Assembly (NCBI GenBank): GCA_020632495.1
Contig: JACKFL010000005.1
Location: 1,036,925-1,100,924 of the forward strand
Length of the DNA stretch: 64,000 nucleotides
Origin: Candidatus Omnitrophota bacterium
GTDB lineage: Bacteria > Omnitrophota > Gorgyraeia > Zapsychrales > Zapsychraceae
Direction of reading: 5' to 3'
Shown: positions 53,297 through 60,680 of the stretch, one piece after another
Layout: each line of letters starts with the position of its first letter
Position numbering within the stretch: the first letter of the stretch is position 1
The notes under the pieces: model-generated
Database searches by the model: none
Told to the model about the DNA's origin: nothing
What the model saw: the letters and a program-made list of their open reading frames with translations, nothing else
Program-made: the position numbers and the translations under genes

Positions 53297-53476
53297 ATGG
53301 AGAGAACATTACGCGGTATTGCGGGAGGATTTATCCTGGCCAGCCTGTTGCTGGCGCACTGGGTCCACCCCGGGTGGTTGTGGTTCACCGCCTTTGTGGG
53401 GCTGAACCTGTTTCAGTCCGCCTTTACCAACTGGTGCCCGATGATGTGGATCCTGCAAAAGGCCGGCTTGCGTTAA
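53297..53476 (+). CDS. DUF2892 (YgaP-like) small membrane protein
   Basis: 59 aa, below the track cutoff: MERTLRGIAGGFILASLLLAHWVHPGWLWFTAFVGLNLFQSAFTNWCPMMWILQKAGLR. GGAGGG Shine-Dalgarno. Confidence 0.75.
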   Translation: MERTLRGIAGGFILASLLLAHWVHPGWLWFTAFVGLNLFQSAFTNWCPMMWILQKAGLR

Positions 53477-53525
53477 CCGGGGGCGGCCTGAATCGGGTGT
53501 TCCGGGAAAATTGGAGCACAATAAA

Positions 53526-53543
53526 CTTGACCGAACGGTCAAG
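53526..53543. promoter_or_regulatory. Perfect palindrome CTTGACCG-AA-CGGTCAAG (operator copy 1, overlaps a TTGACC -35-like hexamer)
   Basis: Read directly. An identical 16-nt core recurs at 53637-53652. Confidence 0.6.
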
Positions 53544-53636
53544 TTATGTTATCGTAACATCATGATTGAAGCCCGTCATTTTCGGCGGGGAGAAAAAGGG
53601 TCTCGCCAACCCGACATATTTTTTTTGCCTATTAAA

Positions 53637-53652
53637 TTGACCGAACGGTCAA
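53637..53652. promoter_or_regulatory. Perfect palindrome TTGACCG-AA-CGGTCAA (operator copy 2, just upstream of the Shine-Dalgarno of the 53670 ORF)
   Basis: Read directly, 110 nt downstream of copy 1. Confidence 0.6.
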
Positions 53653-53669
53653 GGATAAGGAGTGCTGCT

Positions 53670-53888
53670 ATGAGAATCCAAACCCCCGAAATGAATCATC
53701 GCCCCGCAACCCGTGTTAGTACATGGGATGTCAATCTGACCCCCCTGAAAATTACCGCGCTGATCTACCTGCGTGAGGCGCGTATCAATGAGGAATATGA
53801 AAACATGACAGAGTTGGTCCGCTATGCCCGTCAGTTCGGCGCGGACCGGCGCGAAATCGCGGACGCGTTAAACGCTGTCCGTGTCTGA
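53670..53888 (+). CDS. Small hypothetical protein (72 aa), possible HTH-like C-terminus
   Basis: AAGGAG Shine-Dalgarno 8 nt upstream of ATG 53670. MRIQTPEMNHRP...MTELVRYARQFGADRREIADALNAVRV. The track ORF start at 53511 would place operator copy 2 inside the CDS. Confidence 0.55.
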   Translation: MRIQTPEMNHRPATRVSTWDVNLTPLKITALIYLREARINEEYENMTELVRYARQFGADRREIADALNAVRV

Positions 53889-53899
53889 AGGAGGCGCAT

Positions 53900-54166
53900 A
53901 TGCAAACAGCAACCTATCTCATCCCGGTCCTTACTCTGTTATACGTCCTGATCAACCCGGCCTTCGCGCATGCCCGGCCCGCGCCGAATCCGTTCCGGCG
54001 GGACGCAAACCCGCACCGGCTGATCCGCGGCCTGTTGCGTGAGGCATACTGGACCACAGACCATTCGTTTAAAACCAGAAACAACCGCTGGATCATCAAC
54101 CGACAGTTGGTGTCCGGAAAGGAGGGCGAAAATGAGCGCCTTAATACAATCCGTCAACACGGATAA
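53900..54166 (+). CDS. Small secreted hypothetical protein (88 aa)
   Basis: AAGGAGG Shine-Dalgarno. Signal-like MQTATYLIPVLTLLYVLINPAFA. Overlaps the trxA start by 35 nt. Confidence 0.5.
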   Translation: MQTATYLIPVLTLLYVLINPAFAHARPAPNPFRRDANPHRLIRGLLREAYWTTDHSFKTRNNRWIINRQLVSGKEGENERLNTIRQHG

Positions 54167-54464
54167 CTTCGAAAGCAAAATCCTGCGCGCGCCGGCCGCG
54201 ACCCTGGTCGACTTTTGGGCCGAATGGTGCGCCCCGTGCCGCGCGCAGAATCCCGTCCTCGAAGAATTGGCCGGCGAGTGGGAAGGTAAAGTCCGCATCG
54301 CCAAGGTCAATGTCGACGACGACCCCGAACTGGCTTCACGGTACAACATCATGAGTATACCGACCATGATCCTGTTTCGCGATGGCCGTGCCGTCCGCCA
54401 GGTAACCGGCGTGCAGTCCGCCGCTCAGCTTCGCGCGCTGCTTGCCGCCAGCAACCTCAATTAA
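54132..54464 (+). CDS. trxA: Thioredoxin
   Basis: LVDFWAEWCAPCRAQNPVLEELA...IAKVNVDDDPELASRYNIMSIPTMILF contains the WCAPC active site. AAGGAGG Shine-Dalgarno. Confidence 0.95.
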   Translation: MSALIQSVNTDNFESKILRAPAATLVDFWAEWCAPCRAQNPVLEELAGEWEGKVRIAKVNVDDDPELASRYNIMSIPTMILFRDGRAVRQVTGVQSAAQLRALLAASNLN

Positions 54465-54474
54465 GGAGGTGACT

Positions 54475-55506
54475 ATGCAACCGAACTGGGAATTCTTGAA
54501 TCAACATCCGAATACGCGGCCGCATGATGTGCCGCGCAAACCGGCCGCCAAGAAAACGCCGGTGAATGACGATAATCTGCTCGATGCGTACTCCCGTGCC
54601 GTTATTGATGTGGTCGACCGGACCGGTCCGGCCGTGGTCAGTATCAATGTCGGCTGGCAAATCCAGGAACACGGGATGCAGCAAGGCGGTTCCGGGTCCG
54701 GCGTGGTGTTTACGCCCGACGGATACATCCTGACCAACAGCCACGTGGTCCACAACACCACCGATTTGATGGTGATGTTGAATAACGGTGATGTCTATGA
54801 AGCCGAGGTGATCGGGGATGATCCGGCCACGGACCTCGCGGTGATCCGCGTCCCGGCGGCCGGCCTGCCGTACGCGCCGATCGGTGATTCCCGTGACCTG
54901 CGGGTCGGACAGTTGGCAATCGCTATCGGCAATCCGTTGGGGTTCGAATCAACCGTGTCGACCGGCGTGGTGAGCGCGACCAACCGCCACCTGCGGACCA
55001 AAAACGGGCGCTTGATGGAGAATATCGTTCAGCATACCGCGCCGCTCAACCCGGGGAATTCCGGCGGGCCGCTGGTGAATTCCCGGGCCGAGGTCATCGG
55101 CATCAACGTGGCGATCATCTTCCGCGCCCAGGGATTGAGTTTCGCGATCCCGGCCAACACCGCCAAGTGGGTGGCCCAGCAGATCCTGCTGCACGGACGT
55201 GTGCGGCGGGGGTATCTCGGCATCGCGGGGCGTCAGATGCCGCTGTCCGAAGAGCTGCGTCGCAGTCAGGGATTAAGCAACGCCAGCGGCGTGCTGGTCG
55301 AACATGTCGAGCCGAACTCGCCGGCCCACCGGGCCGGGTTGGATGTGGCGGACGTGATCGTCAACGCCAACGAACGGGTCATCGCCAATGTGGATGATCT
55401 GCACCACTTCCTCGCGCAATGGCCGCTCGGCCAACGGTTTCAGCTGACAATCGTGCGGGACCGCGAGCTGATGGGCCTGCCCATCGTGCCGACCGAGGCC
55501 TTGTGA
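54475..55506 (+). CDS. HtrA-family S1C serine protease with PDZ domain, no N-terminal signal or anchor
   Basis: TNSHVV, DLAVIRV, GNSGGPLVNS, and a C-terminal PDZ. The N-terminus MQPNWEFLNQHPNTRPHDVPRKPAAKK is hydrophilic. AAGGAGG Shine-Dalgarno. Confidence 0.9.
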   Translation: MQPNWEFLNQHPNTRPHDVPRKPAAKKTPVNDDNLLDAYSRAVIDVVDRTGPAVVSINVGWQIQEHGMQQGGSGSGVVFTPDGYILTNSHVVHNTTDLMVMLNNGDVYEAEVIGDDPATDLAVIRVPAAGLPYAPIGDSRDLRVGQLAIAIGNPLGFESTVSTGVVSATNRHLRTKNGRLMENIVQHTAPLNPGNSGGPLVNSRAEVIGINVAIIFRAQGLSFAIPANTAKWVAQQILLHGRVRRGYLGIAGRQMPLSEELRRSQGLSNASGVLVEHVEPNSPAHRAGLDVADVIVNANERVIANVDDLHHFLAQWPLGQRFQLTIVRDRELMGLPIVPTEAL

Positions 55507-55634
55507 TTCATCCCCCGGGGGGCGCGGCCGGATCACGGTCGCGTCTCCGGGGATATCTTTTTCGTCCGCTTGTGCTATAATCGGACAATACTCACCGCGA
55601 AGCGGCAGCCATTATCAATGTAGCGGAACGTTTC

Positions 55635-56297
55635 ATGTCTTTAACCTTCCTCAACGAAATCGCCAATCTCAAAAAGAAGGCCTTCGACGCCTACACGCGC
55701 GAAACGGTCGAAGAGCTTATCCAGGTCACCAATGAAATGGCCGAGGAGAGCCTGGCCAAGACAACCATCCGCGAAGGCGACCGCATCCCGCCGTTTGAAT
55801 TGAAAGACGCCACCGGCGACCTCATCCGCAGCAGCGATTTGCTGAATAGAGGGCCGCTGGTGATCAGTTTTTATCGCGGCGGCTGGTGTCCGTTTTGTTC
55901 GCTGGAATTGAAGTTTCTGCAGAAGATTTATCCGCAGGTGCGTGAGTGCGGCGCGGACATCGTGGCCATATCGCCGGAGCTTCAGGAGTACACTCATAAG
56001 ACCAAGTCCGACAACGGCCTGCAGTTCTGCGTCTTGAGCGATGTGGACAATAAGGTCTCCAAGAAGTTCGGGCTGATCTTCACGCTGATCAAGCACATCG
56101 CCAATATCTACCGCATCAACTTCGACCTGGACCTGAAGGCGATCAACGGCAACGAGGATTATGAATTCCCGGTGCCGGCCACCTATGTTGTGAAACCCGA
56201 CGGCCTTATCCACTACGCGTTTATCGATGTGGACTACACCAAGCGGCTGGAGCCGGAGATTTTGTTGACCAAATTGGCGGAGATTTCGCGGGCGTAG
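55635..56297 (+). CDS. Peroxiredoxin-like thiol oxidoreductase (PRX_like2 type, CxxC)
   Basis: GPLVISFYRGGWCPFCSLELKFLQ...VPATYVVKPDGLIHYAFIDVDYTKR. Paralog of the 5' truncated CDS at 2-496. Confidence 0.88.
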   Translation: MSLTFLNEIANLKKKAFDAYTRETVEELIQVTNEMAEESLAKTTIREGDRIPPFELKDATGDLIRSSDLLNRGPLVISFYRGGWCPFCSLELKFLQKIYPQVRECGADIVAISPELQEYTHKTKSDNGLQFCVLSDVDNKVSKKFGLIFTLIKHIANIYRINFDLDLKAINGNEDYEFPVPATYVVKPDGLIHYAFIDVDYTKRLEPEILLTKLAEISRA

Positions 56298-56347
56298 GCC
56301 GCGGACTATCCGTTTCCGGTGCGGCATATCCGGGCCGATTACTGAGT

Positions 56348-56376
56348 TTGACATTTGCCTCAGGTTAAGGTATATT
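56348..56376 (+). promoter_or_regulatory. Near-consensus promoter TTGACA-17 nt-TATATT
   Basis: TTGACA at 56348-56353 and TATATT at 56371-56376. No CDS follows before the strong terminator at 56423-56465. Confidence 0.5.
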
Positions 56377-56382
56377 ATTTAA

Positions 56383-56465
56383 GTTCCTGAGGCGGCAAAG
56401 AAGCCGCCGCACCAGGGTAATGAAGCCCAACGAATAAGACTAAAACTATTCGTTGGGCTTTTTTT
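56383..56465 (+). ncRNA. Candidate ~80-nt small RNA (promoter + GC hairpin + intrinsic terminator)
   Basis: The predicted transcript contains hairpin GGCGGC-AAAGAA-GCCGCC (56391-56408) and the terminator hairpin. No family recognised. Confidence 0.35.
56423..56465 (+). terminator. Rho-independent terminator (perfect 14-bp stem)
   Basis: AAGCCCAACGAATA (56423-56436) pairs with TATTCGTTGGGCTT (56447-56460). 10-nt loop, then T5. Confidence 0.85.
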
Positions 56466-56496
56466 ATTCCCGCAGGAGTGCAGATAAATGCATGCG

Positions 56497-56609
56497 GGGA
56501 TTGGTGATAAGGGATTAGGGGATGGACTGTTGCTTCCGGATATATTCCGACCCAAGTCCCCAGATGAGCACGCTCGGTCTGAATCCCGTATCTCCAATCC
56601 TATATTACT
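56497..56609. repeat. Heptamer-array inverted-repeat element (GGGATTG GTGATAA GGGATTA GGGGATG ... AATCCCG TATCTCC AATCCTA)
   Basis: Arms read directly. Lies between the terminator and the Anbu operon. Confidence 0.7.
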
Positions 56610-56639
56610 AACAGGACCTTCAACCAATCCGTACACAAG

Positions 56640-58106
56640 ATGAGCCACAACATCAAATTCCTGGCCAATTACAAGACCGAAAGTTTCTTCGATGAGATGT
56701 TTACGTCCGAAGGGGACGTGCGGCCGGCCTATAAACTCTTCTTCGAGAATCTCGAACGGCTGAATCTCGACGACCTCAAGGCCAAGCAATACACCGCGGA
56801 CAAGGCCTATGTCTCCATGGGGATTACGTTCAACGTGTACCACGAGGGGGAGGGCGTGGAGCGTACCTTGCCGTTTGACCTGGTCCCGCGGATTATCCCG
56901 TTTGAGGAATGGGATGTGATCAACCGCGGACTCACCCAGCGCGTCATCGCGTTGAATACCTTTCTGGATGACATCTACAATAAGAAGCTCATACTCAAAG
57001 ACAATGTTATCCCTGAGGAGATCATCCGGTCGTCGCCCGGTTATTTGCCGGCCTGCGAGGGGATACAACCGCCCAGGGGACGCTGGGCCCATATCAGCGG
57101 CATCGACCTGATCAAGCACAGCGACGGGGATTATTACGTTTTGGAGGACAATTGCCGCGTCCCGTCCGGCGTGTCCTATGTGTTGGAAAACCGCGAGATT
57201 ATGAAGCGCGCCTTTCCCAACATCTTTGAGCGCGCGCATGTGCTGCCGATATACGACTATCCGTTGCAGCTGCTGGAGATGCTGGAATCGCTGACCTTTA
57301 TGCAGGAACCCACGGTCGTGGTGCTCACGCCGGGAATTTACAACTCCGCTTATTTTGAACATTCGTTTCTCGCCCAGCAAATGGGGGCCGAGCTGGTGGA
57401 GGGACGTGATTTGGTGGTGGAAGACGGATTTTGCTATATGCGCACGACCAAGGGGCTGCAGCGTGTTGATGTCATCTATCGCCGCGTCGACGACATTTTT
57501 ATCGATCCGCTCGTCTTCCGGCCCGATTCGGTGCTCGGGGTGCCGGGCCTGTTCGATGCCTACCGCCGCGGCAATGTGGCGATCGCCAACGCGCCCGGGA
57601 CCGGCGTGGCCGACGACAAGGTGGTCTACGCCTACGTCCCCGATATGATCAAGTACTATCTGGAAGAGGACCCGATCCTGCCGAATGTACCGACTTACTT
57701 ATGCTGGCGCGATAACGACCGCGATTACGTGCTGGAAAACATCCATAAGATGGTGGTCAAGACCGACAACCAGTCCGGCGGCTACGGCATGCTGATGGGG
57801 CCGTCATCGACCACCGAAGAGCGGCGCGAGTTCATCGACAAGATCAAGGCCAGCCCGCGCAATTATATCGCACAGCCGATGATGTCGTTGTCGCGTGTCC
57901 CGACCCTGATCCAGGACGACCTGGAAGGCCGTCACGTTGATCTGCGGCCGTTCGTCCTCTTCGGAAACAGTGTCTCGGTCATTCCCGGGGGGTTGAGCCG
58001 GGTCGCGTTGAAAAAGGGATCGATGGTCGTCAACTCGTCGCAGGGCGGGGGATCGAAGGACACGTGGGTCCTCGGTGTGCCGGAGGAGGACCTGCTCAAT
58101 GCTTAG
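56640..58106 (+). CDS. Circularly permuted type-2 ATP-grasp protein (COG2308; Anbu operon)
   Basis: 488 aa with the typical family sequence (...VPRIIPFEEWDVINRGLTQRVIALNTFLDDIY...NAPGTGVADDKVVYAYVP...). Confidence 0.9.
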   Translation: MSHNIKFLANYKTESFFDEMFTSEGDVRPAYKLFFENLERLNLDDLKAKQYTADKAYVSMGITFNVYHEGEGVERTLPFDLVPRIIPFEEWDVINRGLTQRVIALNTFLDDIYNKKLILKDNVIPEEIIRSSPGYLPACEGIQPPRGRWAHISGIDLIKHSDGDYYVLEDNCRVPSGVSYVLENREIMKRAFPNIFERAHVLPIYDYPLQLLEMLESLTFMQEPTVVVLTPGIYNSAYFEHSFLAQQMGAELVEGRDLVVEDGFCYMRTTKGLQRVDVIYRRVDDIFIDPLVFRPDSVLGVPGLFDAYRRGNVAIANAPGTGVADDKVVYAYVPDMIKYYLEEDPILPNVPTYLCWRDNDRDYVLENIHKMVVKTDNQSGGYGMLMGPSSTTEERREFIDKIKASPRNYIAQPMMSLSRVPTLIQDDLEGRHVDLRPFVLFGNSVSVIPGGLSRVALKKGSMVVNSSQGGGSKDTWVLGVPEEDLLNA

Positions 58107-59046
58107 CCGGGTCGCGCAAACCATCTACTGGCTGGGCCGGTACATCGAACGGGCCGAGAACTACGCGCGCTTTATGGACGTCAACCTGTCGTTGATCATG
58201 GACCTGCCCAAGACGATGTCCGAACAGTGGCAGCCGCTGGTGGGGATCACCGGCGACGACGCGTTGTTCCGCAGCAAGTACGACGAACAATACACCCGCG
58301 ACAACGTCGTGCAATTCATGACCTTCGACAAGGACAATTCCAATTCGATCCTCAGCTGTCTGATCCAGGCGCGGGAGAACGCGCGCACCATCCGCGAGAT
58401 TATCTCCAGCGAGATGTGGCAGCAGCTCAATGAGCTTTACCTTTCCGTCAAGGACGCCAACATCGCCACCAACGGCAATCTCTCCGATTTTTACCGTCAT
58501 ATCAAGACCGGATCCCATTTGTTTAACGGGATCATGGACTCGACGCTGATCCACAACGAGGCCTATCACTTCGCCAACATCGGCCGGCTCTCCGAGCGGG
58601 CCGATAAGACCGACCGGATCCTCGACATGAAATACTTCTATCTGCTGCCGCGGGTGGAAGACGTGGGGACCACGCTCGATTATATGCAGTGGTCGGCGCT
58701 GTTAAAGTCGGCCAGCGCCTACGAAGTCTACCGGAAGAAGTACGGCCGCATGGACTACCGCGACATAATCGAGTTTTTGATCTTTGACCGCGAGTTTCCC
58801 CGGGCGATCCACTTCTGTTTATTGGAGTCCGACCGCTCGCTGCACACCATCGGCAATACGCAATTGGGGACCTTCAACAACCCGGCCGAAAAGGAGATGG
58901 GCAAGATCATCTCTCAGTTGAACTTCAACGATGTCAACGACATCATCCAGTACGGCCTGCACGAATATCTTGATGACCTGCAGGTGAAACTCAATCATCT
59001 CGGTGACGAGATATTCAATACATTCTTTTCGCTCGCACACAAGTAA
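58099..59046 (+). CDS. Alpha-E domain protein (COG2307; Anbu operon)
   Basis: MLSRVAQTIYWLGRYIERAENYARFMDVN is the canonical alpha-E N-terminus. 8-nt overlap with the upstream gene. Confidence 0.9.
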   Translation: MLSRVAQTIYWLGRYIERAENYARFMDVNLSLIMDLPKTMSEQWQPLVGITGDDALFRSKYDEQYTRDNVVQFMTFDKDNSNSILSCLIQARENARTIREIISSEMWQQLNELYLSVKDANIATNGNLSDFYRHIKTGSHLFNGIMDSTLIHNEAYHFANIGRLSERADKTDRILDMKYFYLLPRVEDVGTTLDYMQWSALLKSASAYEVYRKKYGRMDYRDIIEFLIFDREFPRAIHFCLLESDRSLHTIGNTQLGTFNNPAEKEMGKIISQLNFNDVNDIIQYGLHEYLDDLQVKLNHLGDEIFNTFFSLAHK

Positions 59047-59065
59047 GTTAGGAAGGAACAACCCC

Positions 59066-59812
59066 ATGACGTATTGCGTTGGAATCAAAGTGAAGGAAGG
59101 GTTGATCGGTCTGGCCGACACCCGTATGACCGCCGGGAATCAGACCCTGACCGCCCGCAAAGTGAGCATCGAACAAAAGCACGGTGACCATGCCGTGTTC
59201 CTGATGACCTCGGGACTGCGCGCGCTGCGCGACAAGGCCGTGACGTATTTTCAGGAGATCATCGAAGAAACCGGCTTCGAATACAAGAAGATGTACAAGC
59301 TCGTCAACGCCTTCGGAGGACAGATCCGCCGCGTCGCCCAGGAAGACCGCATGGCGCTGCAGCAATCGAATTACGACTTCAATATCCACGCCTTGATCGC
59401 CGGCCAGTTGGAAGATGACAAGGAGCACAAGCTGTTCATGATCTTTCCCGAAGGCAACTGGGTGGAAGTCGGCGAGGCGAATCCGTACTTTATCATCGGC
59501 AACACCACCAACGGCAAACCGATCCTCGACCGCGTGCTGCGCTACGATTCGAGTCTCGAGTTCGCGATCAAGGTCAGTTTTTTATCTTTTAACGCCACGC
59601 AGGTCAGTTCCAACGATGTGGACTATCCGGTGGACGTGATCATTTACCGCAAAGACAGTTTCACCATGGCGGAGGAACGTCTCACGCTCGAACAGATGGC
59701 GCCGTATACCTCGTGGTGGCAGAATCACCTGGCAAAACTGATCGAAGAGTTCCCGGGCGACTGGGCCGCGGAGCTTCTTGCCCATTACCAGCAAGAGCAG
59801 CAACAACAATAG
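59066..59812 (+). CDS. Anbu (ancestral beta-subunit) proteasome-like Ntn peptidase
   Basis: MTYCVGIKVKEGLIGLADTRMTAGN puts Thr2 as the putative nucleophile directly after Met. Operon context is ATP-grasp/alpha-E/transglutaminase. Confidence 0.88.
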   Translation: MTYCVGIKVKEGLIGLADTRMTAGNQTLTARKVSIEQKHGDHAVFLMTSGLRALRDKAVTYFQEIIEETGFEYKKMYKLVNAFGGQIRRVAQEDRMALQQSNYDFNIHALIAGQLEDDKEHKLFMIFPEGNWVEVGEANPYFIIGNTTNGKPILDRVLRYDSSLEFAIKVSFLSFNATQVSSNDVDYPVDVIIYRKDSFTMAEERLTLEQMAPYTSWWQNHLAKLIEEFPGDWAAELLAHYQQEQQQQ

Positions 59813-59822
59813 GAGGCGTCAC

Positions 59823-60680
59823 GTGACCGTCGGGACTAATATTCTCACCATCGAACATGAAACGACTTATCACTATCTCGACCGCGTCTTTCTGGAGCCG
59901 CACCTGCTGCGGCTGACTCCGCGGGAGGGAAAAAACCTGCACGTCTACCAAGCAGACCTGGAAATCGATCCCAAACCGCAGGGGATCCATTCGATCCTCG
60001 AGATGGACGGGACACACGCGCATCTGGTTTGGTTCAGCGGGATGACCAAGCAGTTCAGTATCCGCGCGCGGTCCGAGGTCGAGCTGCGGCCGTTCAATCC
60101 TTTCGAATTCATCATCTTTCCGACCACCAGCGTGCGGCTGCCCATGGTGTATCCGGCGGGCTGGGAGCGGGTGCTCGCGCCGTACATGCAAGACGGCGCG
60201 CCGGACCCCGCGGTTAAGACCTTCGCCGCCAATATCGCCGAAGACACCGCGCAGGAAACCATTAATTTTCTCACCGCGCTGGTCAAGACGATCAGCGACG
60301 ACTTCAAGTACGTCAAACGCGAACACGGCCGGCCGCATCCGCCCGAGCAGGTCTTAAGCGAAAAAGAAGGATCCTGCCGCGACTTTACCGTGTTCGCCAT
60401 GGCGGCCTGCCGCGCCCTGGGCCTGGCCACCCGGTTCGTGAGCGGCTACTATTTCTCCGAGGAGGACGACGAACCCTCCGAGTTGCACGCCTGGCTGGAG
60501 GTTTATCTGCCGGGCGCCGGCTGGAAGGGTTACGATCCCGCCCACGGATTGGCCTGCGATCATCACTACCTTGCGCTTTCCGCCTCGGCCGAGCCCGACA
60601 AGACCCTGCCGGTCACCGGCACCTTCCGCGGTTTTGCCTCCTCGCGGATGAGGACGAGTTTGATGATTTTTCCTTCTTGA
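59823..60680 (+). CDS. Transglutaminase-like cysteine protease superfamily protein (Anbu operon)
   Basis: EGSCRDFTVFAMAACRALGLATRFVSGYY...LHAWLEVYLPGAGWKGYDPAHG gives the Cys-His-Asp triad context. GTG start 6 nt after AGGAGG. Confidence 0.88.
   Translation: MTVGTNILTIEHETTYHYLDRVFLEPHLLRLTPREGKNLHVYQADLEIDPKPQGIHSILEMDGTHAHLVWFSGMTKQFSIRARSEVELRPFNPFEFIIFPTTSVRLPMVYPAGWERVLAPYMQDGAPDPAVKTFAANIAEDTAQETINFLTALVKTISDDFKYVKREHGRPHPPEQVLSEKEGSCRDFTVFAMAACRALGLATRFVSGYYFSEEDDEPSELHAWLEVYLPGAGWKGYDPAHGLACDHHYLALSASAEPDKTLPVTGTFRGFASSRMRTSLMIFPS

Noticed and set aside
53575-53626. Possible attenuator or terminator between the two palindromes (T8 at 53619-53626)
   Set aside because: The only stems I can draw (GGCG..AG/CTCGCC and GGGT/ACCC) are short, bulged and separated from the T-run by 6-11 nt. 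It is not a convincing intrinsic terminator.
53511-53669. Longer version of the small ORF starting at 53511 or at ATG 53571
   Set aside because: It would bury operator copy 2 and a T8 run inside the CDS, and it lacks a Shine-Dalgarno. ATG 53670 has a strong AAGGAG.
56420-56437. 5-codon ORF (MKPNE) inside the candidate sRNA, considered as a leader peptide
   Set aside because: There is no convincing Shine-Dalgarno. It overlaps the terminator stem only trivially, and no downstream gene lies within the transcript to regulate.
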